NCBI GenBank assembly: GCA_032718475.1
Contig: JAUCBJ010001883.1
Coordinates: 5,069-69,068 of the forward strand
Reading direction: 5' to 3'
Source: Nemertoderma westbladi
Lineage: Eukaryota; Animalia; Xenacoelomorpha
DNA: 64,000 bases
A model generated the notes under the pieces. The model saw only the letters and a program-made list of their open reading frames with translations. It did no database searches and was not told the origin of the DNA. Below are positions 23,436-37,300 of this stretch, one piece after another (the stretch's first letter is position 1; each line of letters starts with the position of its first letter). The translations under genes and the position numbers were made by a program.

Positions 23436-26400
23436 TGACCGAATCTGCTCCGATAACCTCAGTTTCATGTTCAATGCCGCAGTTGGCTGAATCTTCCCAG
23501 ATAACCCCAGTTATGTGTTCAGCGCCGCAGTTGGCTGAATCTGCCCCGTAACCCCAGTTTTGTGTTCAGTGCCGCAGTTGGCTGAATCTGCCCCGATAAC
23601 CCCAGTTACGTGTTCAGTGCCGCAGTTGGCTGAATCTGCCTAGATAACCCCAGTTTTGTGTTCAGTGCCGCAGTTGGCTGAATCTGCCCCGTAACCCCAG
23701 TTTCGAGTTCAGTGCCGCAGTTGGCTGAATCTGCCCCGTAACCCCAGTTACGTGTTCAGTGCCGCAGTTGGCTGAATCTGCCCAGATAACCCCAGTTTTG
23801 TGTTCAATGCCGCAGTTGGCTGAATCTGCCCAGATAACCCCAGTTATGTGTTCAGTGCCGCAGTTGGCTGAATCTGCCCCATAACACCAGTATCGTGTTC
23901 AGTGCTGCAGTTGGCTGAATCTGCCCAGATAACCCCAGTTTTGTGTTCAGTGCCGCAGTTGGCTGAATCTGCCCAGATAACCCCAGTTACGTGTTCAGTG
24001 CCGCAGTTGGCTGAATCTGCCCAGATAACCCCAGTTTTGTGTTCAATGCTGCAGTTGGCTGAATCTGCCCAGATAACCCCAGTTATGTGTTCAGTGCCGC
24101 AGTTGGCTGAATCTGCCCCATAACCCCAGTATCGTGTTCAGTGCTGCAGTTGGCTGAATCTGCCCAGATAACCACAGTTACATGTCCAGTGCCGCAGTTG
24201 GCTGAATCTGCCCCGATAACCACAGTTACATGTCCAGTGCCGCAGTTGGCTGAATCTGCCCCGATAATCCCAGTTACATGTTCAGTGCTGCAGTTAGATG
24301 AATCTGCCCCAATAACCCCAGTTACATGTTCAGTGCCGCACTTAGATGAATCTGCCCCGATAACCCCAGTTACATGTTGAGTGCCGCAGTTAGATGAATC
24401 TGCCCCGATAACACCAGTTACGTGTCCAGTGCCGCAGTTGGCTGAATCTGCCCCGATAACCCCAGTTACATGTTCAGTGCTGCAGTTAGATGAATCTGCC
24501 CCAATAAACCCAGTTACATATTCAGTGCCGCAGTTAGATGAATCTGCCCCGATAACCCCAGTTATGTGTTCAGTACCGCAGTTGGCTGAATCTGCCCAGA
24601 TAACCGCAGTTACATGTCCAGTGCCGCAGTTGGTTGAATCTGCCCAGATAATCGCAGTTACATGTCCAGTGCCGCAGTTGGATGAATCTGCCCAGATAAC
24701 CCCAGTTATGTGTTCAGTGCCGCGGTTGGATGAATCTGCCTAGATAACCCCAGTTTTGTGTTCAGTGGGGCAGTTGGCAGAATCTGCTCCGATAACCCCA
24801 GTTACGTGTTCAGTGCCGCATTTGGCTGAATCTGCCCCGATAACCCCAGTATCGTGTTCAGTGCTGCAGTTGGCTGAATCTGCCCAGATAACCCCAGTTT
24901 TGTGTTCAGTGCCGCAGTTGGCTGAATCTGCCCAGATAACCCCAGTTACGTGTTCAGTGCCGCAGTTGGCTGAATCTGCCCAGATAACCCCAGTTTTGTG
25001 TTCAGTGCCGCAGTTGGATGAATCAGCCCCGATAACCCCAGTTACATGTTCAGTGCCACAGTTGGATGAATCTGCCCCGATAACCCCAGTTACATGTTCA
25101 GTGCCACAGTTGGATGAATCTGCCCCGATAACCCCAGTTACGTGTTCAGTGCCGCAGTTGGATGAATCTGCCCCAATAACACCAGTTACATGTTCAGTGA
25201 CGCAGTTAGATGAATCTGCCCCGATAACCCCAGTTACATGTTCAGTGCCACAGTTGGCTGAATCTGCCCAGATAACCCCAGTTACATGTTCAGTGACGCA
25301 GTTAGATGAATCTGCCCCGATAACCCCAGTTACATGTTCAGTGCCGCAGATGGCTGAATCTGCCCAGATAACCCCAGTTACATGTTCAGTGCCGCAGTTA
25401 GATGAATCTGCCCCGATAACCCCAGTTACATGTTCAGTGCCGCAGTTAGATGAATCTGTCCCGATAACCCCAGTTACATGTTCAGTGCCGCAGTTGGCTG
25501 AATCTGCCCAGATAACCCCAGTTACATGTTCAGTGCCGCAGTTAGATGAATCTGCCCCAATAACCCCAGTTACATGTTCAGTGCCGCAGTTAGATGAATC
25601 TGTCCCGATAACCCCAGTTACATGTTCAGTGCCGCAGTTAGATTAATCTGCCCAGATAACCCCTGTTACGTGTTCAGTGCCGCAGTTGGATGAATCTGCC
25701 CCGATAACCCCAGTTACATGTTCAGTGCCGCAGTTAGATGAATCTGCCCCGATAACCCCAGTTACATGTTCAGTGCCGCAGTTAGATGAATCTGCCCCAA
25801 TAACCCCAGTTACATGTTCAGTGCCACAGTTGGCTGAATCTGCCCAGATAACCGCAGTTACATGTCCAGTGCCGCAGTTGGCTGAATCTGCCCAGATAAC
25901 CCCTGTTACGTGTTCAGTGCCGCAGTTGGTTGAATCTGCCCAGATAACCGCAGTTACATGTCCAGTACCACAGTTGGCTGAATCTGCCCAGATAACCCCA
26001 GTTACATGTTCAGTGCCGTAGTTAGATGAATCTGCCCTGATAACCCCAGTTACATGTTCAGTGCCGCAGTTGGCTGAATCTGCCCAGATAACCGCAGTTA
26101 CATGTCCAGTGCCGCAGTTGGCTGAATCTGCCCAGATAACCCCTGTTACGTGTTCAGTGCCGCAGTTGGCTGAATCTGCCCAGATAACCGCAGTTACATG
26201 TCCAGTACCAGAGTTGGCTGAATCTGCCCAGATAACCGCAGTTACATGTCCAGTGCTGTAGTTGGCTGAATCTGCCCCAATAACCCCAGTTACATGTTCA
26301 GTGCCGCCGTTAGATGAATCTGCCCTGATAACCCCAGTTACATGTTCAGTGCCGCAGTTAGATGAATCTGCCCAGATAACCCCTGTTACGTGGTCAGTGC

Positions 26401-27169
26401 CACAGTTGGATGAATCTGCCCCGATAACCCCAGTTACATGTTCAGTGCCACAGTTGGATGAATCTGCCCAGATAACCCCAGTTACATGTTCAGTGCCGCA
26501 GTTAGATGAATCTGCCCCAATAACCCCAGTTACATGTTCAGTGCCGCAGTTAGATGAATCTGCCCAGATAACCCCAGTTACTTGTTCAGTGCCGCAGTTA
26601 GATGAATCTGCCCAGATAACCCCTGTTACGTGGTCAGTGCCACAGTTGGCTGAATCTGCCCAGATAACCGCAGTTACATGTCCAGTGCTGCAGTTGGCTG
26701 AATCTGCCCCGATAACCCCAGTTACATGTTCAGTGCCGCAGTTAGAAGAATCTGCCCCGATAACCCCAGTTACATGTTCAGTGCCGCAGTTAGATGAATC
26801 TGCCCAGATAACCCCAGTTACATGTTCAGTGCTGCAGTTGGCTGAATCTGCCCCGATAACCCCAGTTACATGTTCAGTGCCGCAGTTAGATGAATCTGCC
26901 CAGATAACCGCAGTTACATGTCCAGTGCTGCAGTTGGCTGAATCTGCCCCGATAACCCCAGTTACATGTTCAGTGCCGCAGTTAGAAGAATCTGCCCCGA
27001 TAACCCCAGTTACATGTTCAGTGCCGCAGTTAGATGAATCTGCCCAGATAACCCCAGTTACATGTTCAGTGCCGCAGTTAGATGAATCTGCCCAGATAAC
27101 CCCTGTTATGTGGTCAGTGCCACAGTTGGATGAATCTGGCCCGATAACCCTAGTTACGTGTTCAGTGCG
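23436..27169. repeat. 48-bp satellite, ~78 units
   Basis: Consensus GTGCCGCAGTTGGCTGAATCTGCCCAGATAACCCCAGTTACATGTTCA; some 47-bp variants at the left end. Confidence 0.97.
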
Positions 27170-27799
27170 CAATACGTACGTACGCAATCGTACGCAATGC
27201 GATCAAGGTCTAGGAAGAAACTAACTGGAAAGCGACCAAACCATGATGAGAAGTAAGGAACGACCAAGTTGGACAAGGAGTTCTACTGGGAGAATGTTAA
27301 CGACACTGAGGAAACCCTCAACACTTAACCCAGAACAACGTTCAAGGGGATATCATCAGAAGATGAGAGACGTGGAAAAGCCAATAGAATGAGAAACATA
27401 AGTTCTATTATATTAGATACTATATATGCTACGAACTTATACTTTTAACATTTAGATAATATGGGAGAAAGCAAACAGGCAGAGGAACTACCCACCCTGT
27501 TGTTGGAGAAACAAATTAAACAAATAGAGATGAGAGAGTTCGTTGACAGGAGCACCTAGGAAACGAAGGAGACTGGACACCCCAACAACCAACCTTCCTT
27601 GGGAAGAGAGTAGTATCGCGCCAACAGTGCCCAGACATTTGAAGTGATGCTACATGACTGAAAGCAATCTTAGACAGACTCCTTAGAATATTTAGGTATA
27701 GTTTATGTGATGTAACAAGGAAGTAAGGGTTTTAACATGAAAAATAAAACATAGATAGAATAGAAAATAAATAAAATATTTTCAAAAACCGTTCATACA

Positions 27800-28330
27800 T
27801 TTGCTGTATCTATACGTTCGGACAGTTTAGAAGCGAGGTGCTTCAGGAACCGTATGGAAGAGGGTCAGGCGAAGATAAGATTAGTGTCATAAACATAGCA
27901 TGCTCGACCTCGCGAGTCATCTCCACATACCTGTTTCACTTCCGGTTCTCATGGAATAGGTGGGTGGAGTTAAGAACCATGGCTACGTTCATCAGGATGA
28001 TGGGGTTGAATACAGAAATGTTGATAAACGTCTTCTGGTTGCAGTTCCCCCAGAAACCGGAGAATGGAAAGTCCAGCTGGGCATGTTTTTCCACAAAGGT
28101 GGATGCATGGATGAACTGCTCGCTGGTGATAGGTTGCATAAGCCGTTCAAATCTTACCTTATGAGTGACTTCTGTTAGGATGGTGGTGACAAAATCCCGA
28201 AACTCATTATGCCTTATAGATGGATAAGCGCCGGTGGGACAAGACAAGATATAGTTTATGGAAAATCTTGACTCTCAGGCACAACGCGCAGGGAACGATT
28301 TGAGTTGCCACCCATAATGCACACACAATG
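27800..28330 (-). mobile_element. Decayed CRE-like non-LTR retrotransposon C-terminus (zinc finger and REL endonuclease)
   Basis: SCPTGAYPSIRHNEFRD...LTEV...QP...AQLDF..SGFWG...TFINISVFNP resembles the CRE-clade REL region; stops on both sides. Confidence 0.7.
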
Positions 28331-30647
28331 TATTGCGAAACTCCTAATTGAGATGGGTTATCATTATTGGGTTTTCAGCAAAGCCGATCAACAGATCAAT
28401 TCCCATGTCAGTGATCAATTCACTCAACTTTTGTTGCTGCTCAGGTACGTTTGCTGCTCACAAAATCAATTTTCTCCTTTAATAAAAGAACCGCGCTGAC
28501 CTTTATCCCAGTTGTGATTTGTAGCAGGGCCTCAATTATGACGGCTGGGTTTTCCAGTTCGGTGTAGAGTTCACAGATTAACCTAGAATTGTAGTTTTCT
28601 ACTTCCAGATCCATTGGTGTCAGGATGGCTAATCTCCAATGATGAACCAGTAGTGAGAAATGTTCATGATCTGATGAGGTTAAACCAGATTTTATATTCT
28701 CAGGTTTTATAAATTAAGCAGAATGTATAATATATAATACTTAATTGTGGATGAATAAACATTTAATAAAAGATGAACTCTGATAAAACGCAGACGATCA
28801 TAATGGATTCATAATGGCTCTCATTTGCCAATAATATCAATTGTTTCAATTGTAAGCAACAAGTTACCTAATTATTTTTCATTATTACCTGCCCAAATCC
28901 TGTGAAATAATGGTGATTTTATTGAAAGCTAAAGATCTACAAGAAATATTGTCTTCTTTATAGATATATATTATTATTCATAGACATTACTATGAAAGGG
29001 TTAAATTGTTGTAAGATAATCATTTTATTACCTTTAGAATTTATCAATGATCAGAAAACACCTTCCAAAGAATGATTTGGAGACAATTATATATTAATTC
29101 ATTAGCTCTCTGCTAGATTATAACAATGCACAATAATTGGGATTTCTTCAAAAACACATCGCTGCAAGACTCGTATGCATTGTAAAAAATTATGATCATA
29201 CCACTCAGACTGTAAATCATATAACTCCTATAATAAAGGAGATCCAAAGAAGGGTTGCATGTGCAAAGAGGAATACTTAAATATTGCTTTGCTGTTCGGG
29301 AATTCAAGTGTCTAATCGCCTCAGCTTCCAATTACCTGGCAGAATTGGTATTACAATACAGGCCTGCGCGTGCTCTGCTTATAAAAATGAACAGCAAGCT
29401 AGTTGGAAGGAACGCATCCGGTAAATCTTTTCAATAATAATATGGTTTATCTAAATTAACGGTTTTATATAATAGTTAAACTGCATTGTGAAAAAGATGC
29501 CCTATCCTGATTATCATTTGGTAAGCCAAACAACTGCTGCATTACTTGTTATTGTCAGTGGAATGGGAAGATGAAACATTGCCTGGAAGAGTGAAAACTT
29601 TCCTTTCTGTGGGTCAAGCCACGAAGTAAGCTGAACCTTAGCATAGGGGTACCATTAATCGGTCTGTCGTTCTGTCGTGTTCAATATTTGAACGTTAATA
29701 ATTCGATAAATCCTTGATTAAATCTATCTAAACTTGGTACACATGTAGTCTGGCAAATTTAGAAATTTTCCGAGCCGAATTTGCTTGTGACCTTCAAGAA
29801 GCTAAGATAAAAGCAATTAATTAGCTAATTAAGTTGATTGGGGTAAAAAACAGCATTTTTCTGCAGCCCTTTCAGGAAATTAATTATTTTCTAGTACACA
29901 ATGTAAATATACTTAAAAAGTATACAGATGCAATCCCCATACCACATTCCATTATAGTTTTTAATTAGATTTGCTGTAATAAATGTGTCTTAGCACGCAT
30001 AACGGCATAAACGCATAAACTGCTCAGATTAGAGTTCGCTCTTCCAAAGTCTTCCAGACTGGGATGTGTGTATAGCTGCTATAACTGGAGCAGCCAACCA
30101 GATAAACTAAACAAAGTGGAAAGTGCTTCTGGGAGGTTAGAATGCATACACATACACCCCAAGCAAACAGTCGGCCGAAGCCGGAGGCGACCCGAAGGCT
30201 CCTCTTTCGATAGCTGCTACCCAAAGGTAGGGGTGGGCGCTGCTCCTATCCCAAGATTTGCTCCCAGTTTTTTAACTGGTACTCAGACACATACACCCCA
30301 TTAAGACCTAATACACTAATTTTAATGTTAATGTTAATGAAATCCTGACCACCATCGATAATAATCAACAAAATAATGTCCTTAAACGTAAAATAACGAA
30401 AATGCGACCTACACTACCTTTGGTCATGGATAGAGGGCATCAGACAAGACATAAAAGTTAATAAAGTGTACATTTATGCAGGGGAGCGAACTGACACTGA
30501 CAAAATCATTTGAACAATTAATTGATGTGCATTTAATTAATTGATGTGCAATTAATTGAATTGAAAGACTACTAAGGGCAGCACTAAGCATCAACTGTAT
30601 ACAACATATGAACATATGACAAAACTAGATTTATTGTACAATAGCAC

Positions 30648-31049
30648 GGTTGGGTGCAATCTTCGCCCGTGTACAACCTTCACCCGCGTCCAATCTTCTC
30701 CCGCGTACAACCTTCGCCCTGGGGAAACCTTCACTGAGAAGGCAATCTTTGCCTGCAAATAACCTTCGCCCATTATGATTTGTGTTAGTAATCATTTTAG
30801 TTACAAATTGAGGGAAAGGAGCAGGTTACAGAGACAGCTTTTTCTAACTGAAACAATAAACGATGGTGTTACTAGTTGAGGTGAAAGGAGCAGGTTACTG
30901 AGACGGCTTTTTCTAACCAAAATATTAATTGTTTATGTTTACGTTGCTCGCTGGTGAAGGTTTCTGCCATGCGTTAGTTGTCCATTTTGAGGGTGAAGAT
31001 TGGATGGACGCGGGTATAGCTTTCTCATGGGCGAAGTTATCTGCATTCC
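30648..31049. mobile_element. Mutator-like MITE
   Basis: GG...CC termini with CTTCGCCC/GGGCGAAG subterminal motifs; 9-bp TSD CAATAGCAC (30639-30647, 31050-31058); carries two units related to the 68-bp satellite. Confidence 0.7.
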
Positions 31050-31151
31050 CAATAGCACCTATATCAATTACTCATGTGAAATGTGAACACAGACTATGAT
31101 TCATTGGTCATTGCATTGCTGAAGAAGTAAAGACAAGGTCATACCAAATCT

Positions 31152-32073
31152 ACTGTGACACAGAGTGACACAAAACTATTTGAAGTGTTATGGGACTCCA
31201 CCTATTGGCTCCAAAAGTCGAGGAAATCCTGCCAAGTACCTAACTGATCTAGACTTTGCTGATGAATCACTAGAGGGAGCCCAATGGCTCCCCAGCTCAT
31301 TAGAACAGGCTGCTTCTAGTGTTTGTCTTTTTATTAACTCCACAATTTTGACAGTTAACTTTGCAAGTCCTCAGCAAGTCTCTGACCGGGGAGCATAAGC
31401 TCAAAGGATGGTATGCCTGAGCATGTGGACTCTTTTGTGGACTGTTCTGTTACCTGGGATCATGGATCCGGAAGTCAGGTGAGGACCTTGGAATACGTAA
31501 GGGAAAGGCATGGGCAGCCTTGAATAGGCTTTACAGGATTTGGAAGTCGAATTGAATTAATCGGAAACTTAAGGTCCAATTATTTAGAGCAGCAGTAGTA
31601 CCAGTACTCCTCTATGGGAGTCTATGCTGGGCTCTAACTCCTGAGGACACCAAATCTCTGGATGGCGCATTCACAAGAATGCTACGCCGGGTTCACTGTG
31701 TCAAGTACAATGCACACATCTCCAACCAGAGACTATATAACAATGGAGGTGTCTCATTGGTTCCCCCAAGTTTGACACTAGAACAATGCCCCTTCCGCTT
31801 TGCAGGACATTGCTTTCGCCGTGAGGACCTGCCATTGCATAATCTTGTGCTTTGGCAGCCTCATGGAGTGAATAAGCATGGTGGGCAGCCCATGACTTTC
31901 TTGAGACGCATCTTAAAGGACACTGGCCTTGAAGATGCGGATGATCTACCAAATTGATGATTGATTGAAAATTGATTTGGTGATATGGTGTTGTGTCAGT
32001 GCAATTTTTTCAACAAGCCGGCACAGCATTCTTAAAAATACAGCTGCAATGCAGTATGCCGATCCGAGTAGTA
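31152..32073 (+). mobile_element. RTE-type LINE 3' fragment
   Basis: YLTDLDFAD, RFAGHCFRR...VLWQP; same family as 52275-53648; GATCCGAGTAGTA tail. Confidence 0.85.
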
Positions 32074-33342
32074 AATCTACTGGCGACCAATGCAGTGCAA
32101 GGTAGGCGTTCTCATGGATTACCGGATATGACCAACTTGAATAGAATAATAGATTTGAAAGAAACGAAATCAGACAGAATGGAGAATCTAGAAGCCTGGA
32201 AACATCTCATCTCCACTGTCTGAGCTCGTTCGACTCACAGTAGTTGTAGGAGTAGGATTGATATACAATATACGTATGGAATTATTGGAAGTGTTATTTT
32301 CTTATAAAGTGAGCGCTCTTACACTGTTGAGGAAGGATATGCATACATTTGTGCTTACATTACATATACGCATAATAGACATCATAGATGCTTATGAATT
32401 TTCCGATAGAGCGAAAGAGTGACTAAAGATAACATGATAGGTATTATTAATGGATATATGAGGATTATAATATGGAGATTTAAGGATATCCTTGGGGTGT
32501 GAGTTGAGAACTCATACAGCCCATTCGTATAGGGTCAGTAACAATTTAGTTGAAGTAGCAGTGTGAATAATTAGTTTCTTGGTAAAAGATATAAAAATTT
32601 CCTCTTAAATAATTTATAAGATTAGTGGGGATTAGCAGAGTAAAGTTGTACATTGTAGCATATTTTAGTGAATATATACACAATTTTTCTGCAATGTAAA
32701 TTTTCATTTTTCCCTGTCATTTTTTCCGAGTTCAGCGAAATTGCCTGCCGGTTTCAGAACTAAGCCAGGGCCACTTCGGGGATAATTATTACATCGCTAA
32801 TCGTGAAGAGGTGGACTAATCTGATTGTCTTTTGAGTCAGCCAAAACTGCATCAGGTAGTCCAATGTAAGTGTGTTGGTATAATTGGAATGTGCGTATGC
32901 TTTTATCCATTTAATATAATTATTGTCGGTAGTAACATGTTTAGATTATAAATGAATGTGTTTCAATTGAATGAGCATACTCATGTATCAGACTATAAGT
33001 TAGTAGGGGTTGTGGATCTGAGTAATTATATATGCAGCTAACAGTGGCTCTTTGTAATTAAATTTATTTCAATAATGTCTGATTTTAGTGATCCTGAAAG
33101 GTCAGGAAACACCTAATTTGATGGTGGTAGCTACATAATTTAGTTTAGTTTAACATTTATGTAAATTGATGCTCAACAATTATTGTACTGCATTGACTAC
33201 ATTTTCTTAGCCTTGGCTCTTGTCTGTGCATTACGGATAACATTACATATTTTATGATTATTGCCAAATTTCAACCTTTTTTTTTTACTATATTATAGTA
33301 TTCTATGGCATTTGCCATAGAATACTAAATGAATTCCTTTAA

Positions 33343-34041
33343 GGGGGGTTACACCATTTTGGTCCCAAATATTCGAAATTATTTTTATGATCAATTATAA
33401 TGCATGTTTAAAATGATGTTTCCAAATCTGTAAACTGCTATTTAATAGCTCTTTTAGTTTTCATGTTATAACAATTTCTATTTAGGGAATCCTATTGAAA
33501 TTACTATGTATATGTATAATAAAGGTCGATTATATCCAAATATTATTTTATGAAATTGTCAACTTCAAAACCCTACTATTTCTAGAATTTTTAAGCAATT
33601 AGTCTGAAAATTTCTGTGGTGTCTACATAACCACACTGGATAAAAGTATCAGACAACTTTTCGAAATTTTTTGTTAATAAAATTTAATACTATTTATAAC
33701 AAACCTAAAAATTTAGCATAAATTTGCAGCTTAATTATTTTCACAAAATTTCGCCTGATAGTTACGTTACCCCATCTTTGATCTATCATATAAAAAAACT
33801 TTCATGTGATTAGATTAAAAACTGTAAAAGTTTTAAGCGCAACCAAGGTTTTTTATTTTTAACTAGTATTAACTAATATTAAATAGCGAAAAAATTTTTT
33901 TTCAAACCTGTCATTTAGAATAGCATCTTAGGTACCTATACTCCAAATTATAGCTAAAACCAAACAATTTTGAAACGCTGAGAGTGATAAATCGAAGAGT
34001 TGTCCGAAATTGGGTTACCACCCCCCCCCCCCCCCCCCTTC
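33343..34041. mobile_element. TTAA-flanked MITE (Kolobok-like)
   Basis: TTAA|GGGGGG at the left and CCCC...CTTC|TTAA at the right; TIRs degenerate. Confidence 0.45.
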
Positions 34042-34326
34042 TTAAGTTCTCACGTTTCCGAACTTCTTTTATATGTGAGATATTCTGAGCTTTTTTTCTG
34101 AGATTTTTTTCAAGTTTTTTTTGAGCTTTTTTTTCAAGCTTTTTTTTATCTTTCTTTCAAGCTTTATTCTAAGCTTTTTTTGGAGCTGTGGCGCCACTAA
34201 CACTAACTTAAATTACTTCGTGGCTCGCCCCAAGTTACTGAACTGACTTTTTCCTACTCTTGTGCTCTTCTGATATTCTTTATTGTACTTTATTGTCTTT
34301 AGTGTACTGCTTACCGTACCGGTAGC

Positions 34327-37300
34327 TGGTATGTCCGGCTGTCCGGTACATAGCCAGACAACTGTAGCCTGTAGGCTGAGGTAAAAGTGGATGCTGGAGC
34401 GACACAACCGGTCCGTATAATATAAGCAGAATGCAAGCAAGATATGTAGGCCCGTGCCATAGACAGTAAGGGGGAATAATGAAATAGGCCTATACTGTAT
34501 ATATCCATACCAACTCCCCCTTTAGGCGATTTTGTCAGATCAAAATTGTTTCCAGTGAACCCCATACACCATATTATAGTTTAAAAATAATAAATGACTA
34601 TTCTCGTGTAATAAATAATTTTTATAGTCTCCAAATCGAACAGTAGGTTTTGTTACACGAGTGCTGCGGCGTATTACGCTCTTACTTTCAGTTTCCAACT
34701 CCGGTGTTGGAACTGTTTTCTGTTGGGTTGGGTTCGGTGGTGTTTCGAGTTCAATGACCTCGTGGTAGCGACGGAGAAAACGTCTGTTTCGCCACCATGT
34801 ACGACCTGAAGGTAGTTTAACGTGGTAGTCTCGTCGTTTTCCGGCCCCAACTATAATACCGACACGATCCCAACGTTTAGATCTGGAGTCTTGGAGGCGA
34901 ACTTTTGTGCCTATTAGGAATGGTTTGAGGTCCCGCGCCGTTGAATTGTAGTGTTTGACGGCTTTCTCGCGAATAGTTTCGTGTCGTGCGTCAGCTGTCT
35001 CGGCTGACTGCTGCCACTTCGGGTCAAATGAAGTGTGATGGGCTGGTACACGCGATCGCAGGTTGCGCCCAAAAACGATCTGGCTTGGTGAGCGACCATC
35101 CGCGTGTGGTGTGTTCCGTACCTCGAGTAAACCTTCGAGGAATTCCTCAGAATTTATGTCTGAGGTTGTCGTTTTTGCCAATAGACCTTTAATGAGTTTT
35201 ACGTGGCATTCCGCGTGCCGGTTACTGGACGGAAAATGCGGCGTACTAGGCGCCCATTCGACCCCCCAACGTTGCAGGAATTTCCTAAAGTTGGATGCGG
35301 CGAATTGAGGTCCTCCATCGCTTCGAAGTTTGGTTGGAACGCCTAAGTCGACGAAACATTTCCGTAACACGCTGACGACTTGTTGTGATGTTGGGTCATT
35401 ACGCCATTGACCAACGAGTGGATAGCCAGATAATAAATCTGTGTAAACAATGTAGTGTCGGCCGGCGAGAGAGAATAGGTCTGTCGATGCGTGTTCGAAG
35501 GGTCTGGTTGGCTGTGGGTCAGTAACCAACGTCTCCTTCGGCAGGCTCGGTAGTCGTTCTTGGCACTGATGACATTGCTGAACCATTTGGATTATGTCGT
35601 TGTTTATTCCCGGCCAGTAGACTGCGGACAGCGCTCTTTGTTTCGTCCGCGTCATACCCTGGTGGGCGGCGTGTAGGCGTTCTAGAATTTTGGCTCGTTT
35701 CGCACTAGGTATAACCAGGCGTGGACCATATAATACCAGGCCGTTATCTACGGAGAGTTCGTTATGTATGGATTTAAATTGCTGGACGAATCCGGAGGTG
35801 TGGTTTTCAGTTGTGAATCCGCTTAGGATTTCAGTAACTAATTGCTGATAGGCCTTATCGTTTAAGGCTACCTTCCGGATTTCCTCGATAACGGGGTCTG
35901 TTGTAGGTGGTTCTAGAACGTTTTCAGGATCTAAGTCCCGAGTATTAGTTAATGCTATCCGTATAGCTGCTATGGTTCTTGTGACATCTTCATCTTCCTT
36001 TAATAATTCATCAGTGGTATCGGGGTCATCCACTGGAGCTCGGCTGAGACAGTCTGCAATTTTATTGTCTTTACCTTTTTGCCACACTAATTCAAATTGA
36101 TATTTCGATTGCAGCTGAGCTTTAATTCGCTGGAGTTTTGTATTATCGACTTGATCCAGGGTTTGTTTATTGAAGATTGAAAGTAAAGGCCGATGGTCAG
36201 TCATAACCTTAAAACTTTCTAATCCAGCTAAATATAGGTGGCATTTACTCATTGCATATTTTATAGCAATGGCTTCCAATTCTATTGTGGCATACCGGGT
36301 TTCGGCGTCCGATATAAATCGGCTTCCACAGGCAATGAGCTTCCATTTATTATTATTATTTTGCAGTAAATCGAAGCCAAATCCGTGCAGTCGACTGGCG
36401 TCTACTTCTAACCGTGTTTCAGCGTGCGGATCGAAGGGTACCAGGATTGGAGGTTTTAGAAGTGTGTATTTAACAGCCTCGAATGCATTATCATGCATTA
36501 TTTCCCATGTAAAATGGTTGCGAGTTCGTAGTAACTCGCGCAACGGAGTCGCTGCAGCGCTGACTTCCGAGGAAAAGCAACCGAGTTGGTTAACGAGTCC
36601 CATAAAACTTCTGAGTTCACTTATGTTAGTTGGTTTGGGAAACTCGGAGATTGCCTTTACTTTGTTGGGGTCTGCCTCGATGCCATTGTGTGAAACGATA
36701 TATCCTGCAAACTTTACTCGTTCTTGAGCGAAGTTGAACTTTTCAGGATGGAGGGTGATGCCAAAATCCCGACAGCGTTGTAGAACCGAACGAACGCGTT
36801 CAACGTGAGTGTCAAACTCGACATCCTCGATGAGTAGGTCGTCTACGATTTTATTTATGTTGGCCATACCCTCAAAAGCCATGTCTCCCCTATAATTATA
36901 TGAGTCCCCGGTGGATATGAAGCCCATCGGGGCCCGGCAGTACCGGAACCGGCCCCACGGCGTTAAGAAGGTAGTGAGGTCTCGCGATCCTTCCGCCAAC
37001 TCGACTTGCCAATAACCAGACTTAGCGTCGATTTTTGTGAAATAACGCGCGTCTGGTGTGCGGTCTGAGACAACGTCGAAAGGAGTTTTGGCATTGTGTA
37101 TAGTTCGTTTCACCTGATTATTTAATTTGGTAAGGTCAACCGTGATGCGAATTTCATCCGGTCGACCGGGTTTGGGGCAAACAACCATGGGATGACACCA
37201 ATCTGTGGCCCGGTCACCCACCCGTTCAATGATGCCTTTGTCCAACATGTCGTTGAGTTCGGCATGGGCTTTATCTCTGTACGCGTAGGGTATAGAGCGG

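Noticed and set aside
23902-27224. Long repetitive ORFs, or a CRISPR-like array
   Set aside because: Pure 48-bp tandem repeat with no unique spacers; the ORFs arise because the unit is a multiple of 3; the context is eukaryotic.
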